DNA of 64,000 bases. Source: a virus (taxonomy: Duplodnaviria > Caudoviricetes). The position numbers and the translations under genes are program-made. The notes under the pieces were generated by a model. That model was not told the DNA's origin and searched no databases. It saw nothing but the letters and a program-made list of their open reading frames with translations. How positions within the stretch are numbered: the stretch's first letter is position 1; each line of letters opens with the position of its first letter. Shown in pieces: positions 17,750-26,676 of the stretch. The stretch lies in the IMG/VR virus record IMGVR_UViG_3300018405_000011; one strand, written 5' to 3'.

Positions 17750-17755
17750 TACCAT

Positions 17756-17785
17756 CCCTCGTTAGGCTAAGTGGTCTAACGAGGG
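17756..17785 (+). terminator. Intrinsic terminator
   Basis: CCCTCGTTAG/CTAACGAGGG stem followed by ATTTTT. Confidence 0.75.
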
Positions 17786-17839
17786 CATTTTTAACACCCT
17801 TGTAAAATACATTAGCTAGACTAAAAAGGATACCTCCCC

Positions 17840-18928
17840 ATGTTGATGACACCTTATACCGATGACCTGCTTATCGGTCGAATTATTGCAATGCCTATTT
17901 TGGGTATTGAAACATATGAAGAATTAGAAAAAGAAGGCTTCTTTCCTTGTAGCCTAGGCGACCTAAAAGAGTTTAAAGGCGTCTACGTTGACCCCATCAT
18001 AGTGGCGCTGGAACGTACTTCATACTATGACGATGCCTGTGAAGACTTTGGGTATAACCTTCCTAACCTACATAACGAACTCATTGCGGATGGCGTTGCT
18101 AATGATGTTTTGAAAAACATCCCTTCTTCACTTTCCGTAGTATGGGAAGATGAATACGTACGCGTATCGGTAACCTACGGCGAAGTCTTCCGTGAATACT
18201 ACTTTACTGAAGAGGGTCAGCTACTGAAATGCATCTATACACCTGGCTCTGTGAATCCTGTTACCACTGTTCGTGAGTTCCAGTATGATGAAGACAATGA
18301 GTGTATTGGTTACATTACCTATGGTGATCATCTGCGCCATGTTGGTTATCGTCAGTTCCATCCACTCAGTCGTACGATATATTGCGAACAGCGCATCTAT
18401 AAAGAAGAGTGGTTACGTCATTTTGATTTTGGCAATAACCATATTAGCCATCGCGCGGTAGAAGAGACCTTTCGCTGGGAAGACTATCGTAATCGCGAAA
18501 CCTTCCGTTGTTCAGATGGTCCCTCTAAAGGGGAGTTCTTAATTACTCACCATAGAGCGATGCTCCAAGAACGCGAGCAATACGGACACGTCTATAATAG
18601 CTACGTGTTCCAGAACGGCGTACCATACTGTACCATGTCCCATCGCTACATTCCTAAAATGGGACAGGCGGTGACCTATGGAACAGGCCGTAAGTTAAAC
18701 TCAGTACCTAACTGTATTTACTTTACGTATAATGAAGATAAGAAACTGGTTAGTGTGTTATTCGGTGGCGGTCACCGTTTTACACTGGAGCGCATGCATG
18801 ACGATGAAGGTAGTCTACTAGGACTCGTTAAACGTCGTTGGAACGCCAACTCAGACAGCGCTATTACGGCAGAAAGAGAGGTGCTGATTGAATATATCGG
18901 AACTGAAAACCTCGAGGGATGGGTTTGA
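17840..18928 (+). CDS. YD-like beta-hairpin repeat family protein (paralog B)
   Basis: YFTEEGQLLK, FQYDEDNECIG, FTYNEDKKLVS, HDDEGSLLG; N-terminal LEKEGFFPCS motif. Confidence 0.65.
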   Translation: MLMTPYTDDLLIGRIIAMPILGIETYEELEKEGFFPCSLGDLKEFKGVYVDPIIVALERTSYYDDACEDFGYNLPNLHNELIADGVANDVLKNIPSSLSVVWEDEYVRVSVTYGEVFREYYFTEEGQLLKCIYTPGSVNPVTTVREFQYDEDNECIGYITYGDHLRHVGYRQFHPLSRTIYCEQRIYKEEWLRHFDFGNNHISHRAVEETFRWEDYRNRETFRCSDGPSKGEFLITHHRAMLQEREQYGHVYNSYVFQNGVPYCTMSHRYIPKMGQAVTYGTGRKLNSVPNCIYFTYNEDKKLVSVLFGGGHRFTLERMHDDEGSLLGLVKRRWNANSDSAITAEREVLIEYIGTENLEGWV

Positions 18929-19748
18929 TTTCATAAATATCTACAGTAAAGGGAAGACTGAGCTAGGGAGAGATTTAAGTAACTTTGCTCGTTTTCCTTT
19001 TACCCATCCTAAGTATGGGCAGTTTACTTCCATAGAGGGACTGTGGTACTGGCTAAGAACAGAGCTATTAAGCTATGGATGGACTGAAGAGCAAGAAACC
19101 GAAAGAGTGCATCTCAGGCTTGTCCATGGCCATGACGCAAAGCGATTAGGTAAAGCTTTACTGGCCAATGTGCCAGAGACTCAATGGGTTGATTTTCCAG
19201 AAGAGACGTTTTGTGAAGGGATTATCGATGGGATACGAATGAAACTCCGTAGTCACCATCGGTTACTTAAAGCGTTTGCTAATAGTACCTTACCATTAGT
19301 GCACTACTATACGTTTGGTAAAGAGGGAAATGAAGTTATCCGTGATGGCGGCCACGGGTGGCTCATAGAGGCGTTGGAAGGGGTACGTAAAGAACTGCAT
19401 TACGACTTCGCCGAAGCCTTTGTGTACCGCTTACAGGAGTCCTCAGATACCCCTAGAGAGAAATGGACGGTCTGGGTAGATAAGTCTGAGAATCGCTGGG
19501 TCAACACCAAACTGATGGCTGGAATGATTGGCCTGTGTAATCGCTATGCTGGAAAGCCTGCGACGGATAAAGCATGGGGCACGTTCAGGTCAACCATAAA
19601 GGCGATGGATGCCATGGATGAAAAACACATTGATTCATTTATCCTCTCACATTTCATCGCAAAGGATACCATTAAGCCTGTCCATGACTTTACGGTTCTT
19701 CAGCATAATGGCATTGCCGTAAAACCATTTGAATGTAGAGGAGACTAA
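18888..19748 (+). CDS. NADAR-family (YbiA / T4 30.3-like) domain protein with a C-terminal extension
   Basis: INIYSKGKTELGRDLSNFARFPF...FTSIEGLWYWL...DAKRLGK...LPLVHYY. Confidence 0.7.
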   Translation: MNISELKTSRDGFDFINIYSKGKTELGRDLSNFARFPFTHPKYGQFTSIEGLWYWLRTELLSYGWTEEQETERVHLRLVHGHDAKRLGKALLANVPETQWVDFPEETFCEGIIDGIRMKLRSHHRLLKAFANSTLPLVHYYTFGKEGNEVIRDGGHGWLIEALEGVRKELHYDFAEAFVYRLQESSDTPREKWTVWVDKSENRWVNTKLMAGMIGLCNRYAGKPATDKAWGTFRSTIKAMDAMDEKHIDSFILSHFIAKDTIKPVHDFTVLQHNGIAVKPFECRGD

Positions 19749-19761
19749 GGTAGTCTCCTCT
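19737..19761 (+). terminator. Terminator overlapping the NADAR stop codon
   Basis: AGAGGAGACTA/TAGTCTCCTCT, 11 bp, followed by a T tract. Confidence 0.7.
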
Positions 19762-19805
19762 ATTTCTTTTTAAACTTATATTTCAACTAGAGACAACAAA
19801 TAAAT

Positions 19806-20531
19806 TTGGAGTTAATCATGCAAGAAAATAAAACAACTTCGGCCGCACCGTGCTTAGAGTCAAAGGTAGAAATTACCTATGGGTATGAATGCGGCACTAT
19901 AGATTTACATACCATAAAGGCGACGGGACATCAGCGATTGGTTATTACATTGCCTGAGTCCTATACGGAAGACACGAGCATTCGTGAACTCATGTTTGGT
20001 GCGCTAGAGGTAAGTGAAACACTTTTGCAGGCAAAGGAGACGGTAGAAGAGACTCGTAACCGACATAAGGCATTAGCCTTAGCTAGTGAGAAAGCCCTCT
20101 CTCGAGAACGCGCAATAAAGTTCATTAAGTTAGGCCACCTTAATAAAAATCGCACTTTGCTAGTAGGTGGGCTACTAAAGCTCTTTGAAATAGACCATTG
20201 TTATTTCCGAGCTGTACCCGACATGGTCATGAAGAAACGTACCATCGACATGGCGAAGTGGCTAGAGAAACACATGGCCGTAGACGCCCGACATGTTATT
20301 AAAGCGGGTTGCTTTAACAGTGACATGAAGAATAAAAGTTTCTTTACAGGCGCAAGGGCACTGAAAGAACTCCCTATCTATCCTTTAATGGAGAATGGGT
20401 ACATTACTGGCATTGACTGGGAACACGAGGATTTTCAATCTTTTCTTCACCTAGGATGTCGTGGGGTGGACATTGAATGCTTAGAGTACACGTATCCAGA
20501 ATGGCGCATAGGTGAACATAAAGGAGACTGA
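19806..20531 (+). CDS. Hypothetical protein with a coiled-coil middle (start may be ATG 19818)
   Basis: ORF track. Confidence 0.7.
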   Translation: MELIMQENKTTSAAPCLESKVEITYGYECGTIDLHTIKATGHQRLVITLPESYTEDTSIRELMFGALEVSETLLQAKETVEETRNRHKALALASEKALSRERAIKFIKLGHLNKNRTLLVGGLLKLFEIDHCYFRAVPDMVMKKRTIDMAKWLEKHMAVDARHVIKAGCFNSDMKNKSFFTGARALKELPIYPLMENGYITGIDWEHEDFQSFLHLGCRGVDIECLEYTYPEWRIGEHKGD

Positions 20532-20922
20532 AGTGTATTATATCTTCTACGCTCCTGAACTAGTAGCGCTATTCCATCAAAATCCAGCGGATGAGTATGG
20601 GTTGGTCAATATGATACTGGATGCCTTGCAGGGCGTCGATTTTGATGGGTTAATGGGAAACTGGCAGTTCGGCCCAGACCATGAACTCGATGCCATAGGT
20701 AGACATTATGCCACCCTTATTAAGCGCCGAATTCCTGATACGCCCAAAGTCCTTTTCGAGAAATGGGATTGCGATGAAGCGGTTGAGTTATGGGGCGACG
20801 ATGGGGCGACGCTATACCTTCTGGATAACGCGTCTATCATGGTCGCTTATAATCCAGACCTTAAAGGGAGCATGTTAAAGGATTTAAACATTCCACATGA
20901 AATATACCCTAGAGGGGTATAG
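20512..20922 (+). CDS. Hypothetical protein
   Basis: ORF track; 20-nt overlap with the previous gene. Confidence 0.6.
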   Translation: MNIKETEVYYIFYAPELVALFHQNPADEYGLVNMILDALQGVDFDGLMGNWQFGPDHELDAIGRHYATLIKRRIPDTPKVLFEKWDCDEAVELWGDDGATLYLLDNASIMVAYNPDLKGSMLKDLNIPHEIYPRGV

Positions 20923-20924
20923 AC

Positions 20925-20958
20925 CTGTCTAGCATTCCCAAGTGGGAATGCTAGACAG
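20925..20958. terminator. Terminator between convergent genes
   Basis: CTGTCTAGCATTCCCA/TGGGAATGCTAGACAG inverted repeat. Confidence 0.85.
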
Positions 20959-20966
20959 TAGTCATC

Positions 20967-21278
20967 TTATGCCATCCATGGATGGACGGAGAATCGGTCT
21001 GGGTCACGGGTAGATTGCGGATTAGCTTTTGTGAAATCGGCGCTAAAGTCGTAGTTCATTACACTATGAACATTGATGTTAAGGGTGATAGGTTTATTCG
21101 TTGTTACGTAGTAGACATCAAATGAGACCTCATCGCCTTGCTTTACTTTAACAACGCGCTTAATGGGGAACTGATGTTTAGAATCGAGATGGATATGGGC
21201 AGCACCTAATGGAAGAATGTGCTGAGCAATTTTTTCGACTTTAGCCATTCTGGCTGCTATCGAAGTTTCTTTTAACAT
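20967..21278 (-). CDS. Hypothetical protein
   Basis: ORF track; TAAGGA SD. Confidence 0.7.
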   Translation of the reverse strand: MLKETSIAARMAKVEKIAQHILPLGAAHIHLDSKHQFPIKRVVKVKQGDEVSFDVYYVTTNKPITLNINVHSVMNYDFSADFTKANPQSTRDPDRFSVHPWMA

Positions 21279-21402
21279 GGGTTGTCCTTAAATGAATACG
21301 TAGTTGTTTTACACGGGCTTTTACCCTACGGACTCTTAGGTCTATAGGTTGACCATTCAGGTACATTGCTTTTGCAATATTAATCACCTTTTGACATAAC
21401 AT
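21241..21402 (-). CDS. Small basic protein, 53 aa (not in ORF track)
   Basis: AGGAGG SD before ATG; MLCQKVINIAKAMYLNGQPIDLRVRRVKARVKQLRIHLRTTHVKRNFDSSQNG. Confidence 0.5.
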   Translation of the reverse strand: MLCQKVINIAKAMYLNGQPIDLRVRRVKARVKQLRIHLRTTHVKRNFDSSQNG

Positions 21403-21477
21403 AGGGAATTACCTCCTAACGGATTGTAATCCATAAGTTAGTTTTTAATCAACCACTTATAATAGGGATACTGGAAT

Positions 21478-22182
21478 ATGTTAAACCATACAGCCAATCT
21501 TAAAGCCATTAGTGAAATCTGTCACATTGCAGGCACGATGCCTAATACCTCACTCTGTGACTTTAAAATGCAGCTAGCCGTACTGGCAGAGGAAGGCAGA
21601 GAGATTTTATTGTCTATACTAGATGATAACTACCACGGAGACGACGGGCTTGTAGATGCCTTACCCGACACCCTCTTTGTACTCTACACACTAATGTTAG
21701 AGCGCGGGCTTACACCCTGTGACAATTTAGAGCTACGGGGCCATAGCGGTAGTCCAAAGGAACGCGACATATTTACCTTAGAGCTAGCGCGAGACATTCA
21801 TCGCGGCATTAAAAAGATAAGTCGTGATGGGGAGTTCTATCTGGCTAAACACACATGCACCAAACTGTTGAAAGACTTACTCTCTTTAGCGGGACATATC
21901 GAACATGACTTACAGGCTTGTTTAGATGTGGTTATTGAAGCCAACTTACGTAAGTTTGACACGAACAGTGAAGATGCTCAGTTAACTAAAGAAAAGTACG
22001 CATCACTCGGCATTGCTACTTATGTCCGTGCAACCCATCATGAAGGTAAAACTTACTATGTAGTCTGTGTGGATGGTGACCAAGTCAAAGTCGATAAGAC
22101 GTGGCCCAATCATAAATGGCTAAAAAGTCATCGCTGGGAAGCACCTGTCTACCATGAAGACTGTTTTGTCGTGGACATTTAG
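21478..22182 (+). CDS. MazG-like (all-alpha NTP pyrophosphohydrolase) protein
   Basis: LAEEGRE...LVDALPDTLFV (EExxE...DxxxD) and VIEANLRKF. Confidence 0.75.
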   Translation: MLNHTANLKAISEICHIAGTMPNTSLCDFKMQLAVLAEEGREILLSILDDNYHGDDGLVDALPDTLFVLYTLMLERGLTPCDNLELRGHSGSPKERDIFTLELARDIHRGIKKISRDGEFYLAKHTCTKLLKDLLSLAGHIEHDLQACLDVVIEANLRKFDTNSEDAQLTKEKYASLGIATYVRATHHEGKTYYVVCVDGDQVKVDKTWPNHKWLKSHRWEAPVYHEDCFVVDI

Positions 22183-22758
22183 AAAGATGGTCGGCGTACT
22201 GATGCATAACGAACGGGCGCTCATACAGCGCATGGGCGCATATTGTCATAACACCTATAGTCTGGATGCGGTAGATTACGAAATCAAAGCTAAAGCCTTT
22301 CTAGAGCGTTTAAAGACACTCTTTAAGTCCGATACCTTTCGTAATCACCCTAACCAACTCAACATTCCTAACTTTGGTTCCTTTCTGGTAAAGGAGCGCA
22401 CCATCACGATGAATCACGACGATACGACGGAGCAGATTAAACGTATGGTCTTTTCCTTTAAGTCCACCTCAGAATGGCGTCGCCGTGTCGCCCATGGCGA
22501 ACCACATCTAGTCGATGTCGTCAATCGTCGACTGGTTGAGCTGTATCCTGAATGGGATAAGTTAACGCTGGGGTTTGTCGTAGAAAGCTTCATCAATGTG
22601 TTAACAATGGGACTTATTAATAACGAAGGATACAAGATTATCAACCTAGGGAACTTCTTCCCACGTGAACGGAAAGTGTCCTGCACTTCTTAAAAACCAA
22701 TGCCGAGAGTACAAAACGCATCTTGTGTTTTAAACCTTCTCGCGTTAGACCATTATAA
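22154..22758 (+). CDS. Tandem HU/IHF-like DNA-binding protein; second domain completed in the -1 frame (track ORF ends 22693)
   Basis: Domain 1: LNIPNFGSFLVKER...KRMVFSFKST. Domain 2: YKIINLGNFFPRERKV, then in the -1 frame LHFLKTNAESTKRILCFKPSRVRPL. Confidence 0.7.
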
Positions 22759-22774
22759 TCGGAGTAAAATCAAT

Positions 22775-23395
22775 ATGCGTAGCATTAATGTTAAAGTAAA
22801 AGGACTAGAACCAGCCTCAATTAAAGTAGGGTACTTTAAGGTAATTAGGGACGATACGGCTACCCCTACCCTAATCAGTCACCATACCCTTAATAAAGTC
22901 TTGGGGTTAGCAGGATGGCCTGACTGTGCTGACGATAACTATACGGTTAATATAGCCGAACTTTTAAAGGAGCTACCCTGTATAGCCTACGCTCCTATTA
23001 TTGACGGACTTGAAGTTACTGTACTAATAGATGCCCCCCTTTGGCAAATACGTCGTTTGCCTAACTATACGGTTTACCGCTTTGATGCGCTAAATGCAAC
23101 TAAGTTAAATGTTAGCGTTGAAAACTGTACCTATGGGTTTACTATCCAGCCTGACCTAATGCTGGAGCCAGGCAAGTGGATTACACTAGACAAACGCACT
23201 CATGTCGTACTACGTGCGATAAAGTTTAGCACTATTGAAAAATATATGGATGGGCGGGCGCTATCGGCTGTGATAGATGTATTGCGGGCGCGGGGTGACA
23301 TTGTTACGTTAGACTCCCCGCTGCGCTTGGTAGTGACCCCAGCAAGTGAAATAATCGGGGATGAAGTACCAGCCACAGACATCATTCATCTGTAA
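22775..23395 (+). CDS. Hypothetical protein (track start 22700; likely start 22775, MRSIN)
   Basis: GGAG SD at 22761; the upstream 75 nt belong to the HU-like tail. Confidence 0.7.
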   Translation: MRSINVKVKGLEPASIKVGYFKVIRDDTATPTLISHHTLNKVLGLAGWPDCADDNYTVNIAELLKELPCIAYAPIIDGLEVTVLIDAPLWQIRRLPNYTVYRFDALNATKLNVSVENCTYGFTIQPDLMLEPGKWITLDKRTHVVLRAIKFSTIEKYMDGRALSAVIDVLRARGDIVTLDSPLRLVVTPASEIIGDEVPATDIIHL

Positions 23396-23423
23396 GTCGA
23401 ATCTTATGACCCGTAGATAGCCC

Positions 23424-23450
23424 TAGGGGTAAGGATAGCCCTTACCCCTA
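23424..23450 (+). terminator. Stem-loop, probable terminator
   Basis: TAGGGGTAAGG/CCTTACCCCTA, 11 bp. Confidence 0.65.
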
Positions 23451-23478
23451 ACTATCGACCTAGCGTAAGGATTCCAAC

Positions 23479-24147
23479 ATGAGTACTCCAAGCATTGGCT
23501 CTCCCGCATGGCGAGCCCAAGAACAAAAACAACACAGTAATCTAGACCCAGCGACCGGATGGCCAGACGAATTAGAAACTGTGCGTCTTTTGCAGAAAGC
23601 GGCGCAGGAAGCCGGACAGATTAAAGTCGATTGGTCTGGGGTAACCTTAACCAACTTTACTGCTTCGGTAAAACAATATTTTGACATTAACGCTGGCGTA
23701 CCAGCCCTAACGGCGTTAAACGTATTTCCGGCGAGCTCTATGGGTGAAGGGGTTGAAGCCATTTTCGATCCCGCACGTGCAGTGGATAACCCTGTAGGTC
23801 TTGTAGGTAAGTTAATTGAAAACGCATCCAACAAGCAAGCCCATGTGTGGCGTATTATTTTTACCTACAGTGGGAAATCCGTCAATGCCAATGTTGGCGT
23901 AGGGGTGAGTCTAGAAAACCCAACTTCTGGCTTTATTGTAAAAGATGCGGATACACTGCCTACAGGTGTCACATCCGGCACCTTCACTGCATTGTTAATT
24001 ACCATCGCCGATGAAAACTCCATCCCGTCACCGGGCGGATATATCTTAGGCTGTGAAGTAACCGACAGTGATGCGAGTCTATCGATTTCGGTTGATAGCA
24101 TTACACGAATTTCTAATGCCGCGTTTTTAGAATCGGTCATTGAGTAA
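23479..24147 (+). CDS. Hypothetical beta-rich protein, possibly virion-associated
   Basis: G/A/S/T/V-rich; TAAGGA SD; flanked by hairpins. Confidence 0.65.
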   Translation: MSTPSIGSPAWRAQEQKQHSNLDPATGWPDELETVRLLQKAAQEAGQIKVDWSGVTLTNFTASVKQYFDINAGVPALTALNVFPASSMGEGVEAIFDPARAVDNPVGLVGKLIENASNKQAHVWRIIFTYSGKSVNANVGVGVSLENPTSGFIVKDADTLPTGVTSGTFTALLITIADENSIPSPGGYILGCEVTDSDASLSISVDSITRISNAAFLESVIE

Positions 24148-24151
24148 ACAT

Positions 24152-24187
24152 AATAAGACTGTAGTGTTTCGGCACTACAGTCTTATT
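24152..24187 (+). terminator. Intrinsic terminator with UUCG loop
   Basis: AATAAGACTGTAGTG/CACTACAGTCTTATT, 15 bp. Confidence 0.85.
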
Positions 24188-24246
24188 TTATTGCCTTTTA
24201 TAATTCTTTGTCTTATAAATATTAACCTTTTAAATGGAGAACCATA

Positions 24247-24741
24247 ATGCAGAATACAATCTTTGATATCGCCAACGTAGGTACGATGGTTAAGCTAATT
24301 GAAAAGTATGGCCTAGAGGGGAGGTTTTTACTCGGTAAACCAGACGAGAGCTGGGATGAAACCCTAACTAACCTTTTCGCCGTCCCTATGGGTCCTGGCT
24401 TAAAAGCGTGGATAGTGCCAGTGGCGGCGAATGCGAAAGAACATATGGGGTTGATTGCCCAGTCAACATTATCTCCGGACGGCGTTCATGTAAACATGGA
24501 ATACGAAACGATACATAGTCGTATGCCAGCACACAGCATTAGCTTTAAATATGACTGTCTGGTTGCCATTCAAATCCGTGGGCTCAAGCGTAACCGCCAG
24601 CCTAAATGCATTACGGTAACCTGTACTGAGTCAGACTGGGATGTACGTTTAGATAAAGAACTGTCTAAACTTACACGCGTGATGGACAAACAAGCCCCAC
24701 ATGTGCAGTGGAACCTTATAGACGACCAGGTCACCTTCTAA
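24247..24741 (+). CDS. Hypothetical protein
   Basis: ORF track; GGAG SD. Confidence 0.7.
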   Translation: MQNTIFDIANVGTMVKLIEKYGLEGRFLLGKPDESWDETLTNLFAVPMGPGLKAWIVPVAANAKEHMGLIAQSTLSPDGVHVNMEYETIHSRMPAHSISFKYDCLVAIQIRGLKRNRQPKCITVTCTESDWDVRLDKELSKLTRVMDKQAPHVQWNLIDDQVTF

Positions 24742-24756
24742 CACGGGAACAAAGCC

Positions 24757-25086
24757 ATGGGAACAGAATATATGGGTACATGTGTCATTGGAGCAGGTCC
24801 CTCTATCGGGTTATCGTATCGTTCACAAAAGGCCGCCATATTAATGGCAGACTGTCTTTGCCCAGCGATGACTTATCCTTCCATCGATGTATCAGCAGTG
24901 GATGGCTTTCAAAGCGACGACAGCTGGAAGAAAGCACTGGTATCTCGTCCACTGCCAGGTAAATCTGAAGAAGAACACTGGAATGACGAACAAGGTAAAG
25001 AAGTAAATGTGTTTAAACGTCGCCGTAAAGACGTACTGAAAGATCGTAAGGCTAAACGGGACGCGTGTAAGAAACACCGTAAATAA
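24757..25086 (+). CDS. Hypothetical protein with a basic tail
   Basis: ORF track; in operon. Confidence 0.6.
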   Translation: MGTEYMGTCVIGAGPSIGLSYRSQKAAILMADCLCPAMTYPSIDVSAVDGFQSDDSWKKALVSRPLPGKSEEEHWNDEQGKEVNVFKRRRKDVLKDRKAKRDACKKHRK

Positions 25087-25096
25087 GGAGGTCGTA

Positions 25097-25555
25097 ATGG
25101 CAAACCCACTAGAAGACATCTTGGTGTCTGCTCGTACGCAGGACCTAACGGTTATCGGAGTCTTTGACAAAGAGTCTGTAGAGTACCAAAGCACCAGTGT
25201 AATACCTAAACAGTCATGGGTTCCTTCGGAAGATAATCCATCTGTTTTACTGTTTCCGCTATGCATTAGAATACCGGGACAAGATGTCATTGCAACGGAA
25301 GTGTTATTGGGCGCAGTCCTCTTACAGTCCACCCTATATAGTGACATTGGTGAGTCTCAGTTAATCGCCACATATGGCTCTCTAAAAGATATTCTTATAA
25401 AGGGGTACCATTCTATCATGAAAAAGGATATCTCTTTAAAATGTAGCTTAGAGGACGATTTAGAGCACATATTAAAAGATATGTCTCGACCTAGGTCAGA
25501 AACACATTTACACGTTACGGTAGAGGAGTTTAATCGACGCTATGATTCCCTTTGA
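25097..25555 (+). CDS. Hypothetical protein
   Basis: AGGAGG SD. Confidence 0.75.
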   Translation: MANPLEDILVSARTQDLTVIGVFDKESVEYQSTSVIPKQSWVPSEDNPSVLLFPLCIRIPGQDVIATEVLLGAVLLQSTLYSDIGESQLIATYGSLKDILIKGYHSIMKKDISLKCSLEDDLEHILKDMSRPRSETHLHVTVEEFNRRYDSL

Positions 25556-26033
25556 TAGAACAAAAGCAAAGACGCTAGGGCTGACTAAGTTATCCACATG
25601 GACATTGGCTAAGCAGATTGAAACCTTTCCAGTAGGGAAAACCCAACACAGTAGGGATTGTGGATATAATGAAACTTATTACTTGAGATTTATTTCGGCG
25701 AAGTCACTAGAGCTCAATGTATTACCGTCATTAAAGCTACTAAAAGCCATGGGTTATAGTATCCATATTCATATTCTCCCTTACGAGTCATTTTTACCCT
25801 ATATCAAAATGCCGTATGATAGTAGTTCTTTCCTAACGGCGGACTGTGGCTTTTCCAGAGTAGTAAAGAAGCGATCACTAACAGCGAAAGACGTGGTTAC
25901 CATCAGTGGTGCACCAGAGATACTGGTTAATCGCTGGATGGCAGGTAACCCACCTTCACTGTTTTTACAACATTTGACTTCGCTGCAGCGATGTGGCATT
26001 TATGTCAATATACGCTTCCCTACTTTTAAATAA
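25542..26033 (+). CDS. Tandem XRE/HTH-like protein
   Basis: Two similar halves, ending LKLLKAMGYSIHIHILP and LTSLQRCGIYVNIRFP, each preceded by an HTH-like segment. Confidence 0.5.
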   Translation: MIPFDRTKAKTLGLTKLSTWTLAKQIETFPVGKTQHSRDCGYNETYYLRFISAKSLELNVLPSLKLLKAMGYSIHIHILPYESFLPYIKMPYDSSSFLTADCGFSRVVKKRSLTAKDVVTISGAPEILVNRWMAGNPPSLFLQHLTSLQRCGIYVNIRFPTFK

Positions 26034-26045
26034 GGATAAAGAGCG

Positions 26046-26609
26046 ATGAAACGCATTTTATTACTCAATGACATGGATGGGCTGTGTGCCGACTGGCGTG
26101 GCTATGTCCTGGATAAGCACTTCCCTGGGCAAACCATCGAGTGGCTTAATCACCATGAGCGGCGACTAGAATTACTTACAGAGGTGTATCACAAAGACCC
26201 AGAGCTCTTTATGAACCTACCTGTTCTAGACGGGTTTATGTCCTATTGGCATAAACTTCAAAAAGAATACGGCGACTATGTTGAGTTTGGCTGGCTAACG
26301 GCAGACGGCGGATATCATCCTAGTCCGGCCGATGTCTTTAATCATAAATATGAATGGTTAAGGGCTTCGATTCCTTTAGCGCACAGCGATGGCGTATTTG
26401 GTCTTGTCGAGCAAAGCTCAGAAAAACCAGAGGCTTTGAGTGAGTATTTAGATGACTATGACCACGTCATCCTAGTGGATGATTTTAAACGCACGATAGA
26501 TGCCGTTAAAGCACTAAACCATGACCAACTCCATGGCGTGTGGTTTAACGATAACTGGAATCTTTTACAGATGCAGATTCGCTCGCTGGTATCCCATCTG
26601 CTCCCTTAG
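26046..26609 (+). CDS. HAD-superfamily 5'(3')-deoxyribonucleotidase-like protein
   Basis: Motif I LLNDMDG, motif II WLT, motif IV ILVDD. Confidence 0.85.
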   Translation: MKRILLLNDMDGLCADWRGYVLDKHFPGQTIEWLNHHERRLELLTEVYHKDPELFMNLPVLDGFMSYWHKLQKEYGDYVEFGWLTADGGYHPSPADVFNHKYEWLRASIPLAHSDGVFGLVEQSSEKPEALSEYLDDYDHVILVDDFKRTIDAVKALNHDQLHGVWFNDNWNLLQMQIRSLVSHLLP

Positions 26610-26676
26610 TAGAATTAAACCTTTAGCAAAAATGGTATAATCCATATTCCCTCACTATAAACAAGGAACATTTGAC

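Noticed and set aside
1483-22690. A shared programmed-frameshift system linking the three split genes
   Set aside because: The sites share no slippery motif or direction (+1, +1, -1), and the G10-corrupted hairpin hints at sequencing errors; kept as separate observations pending a read check.
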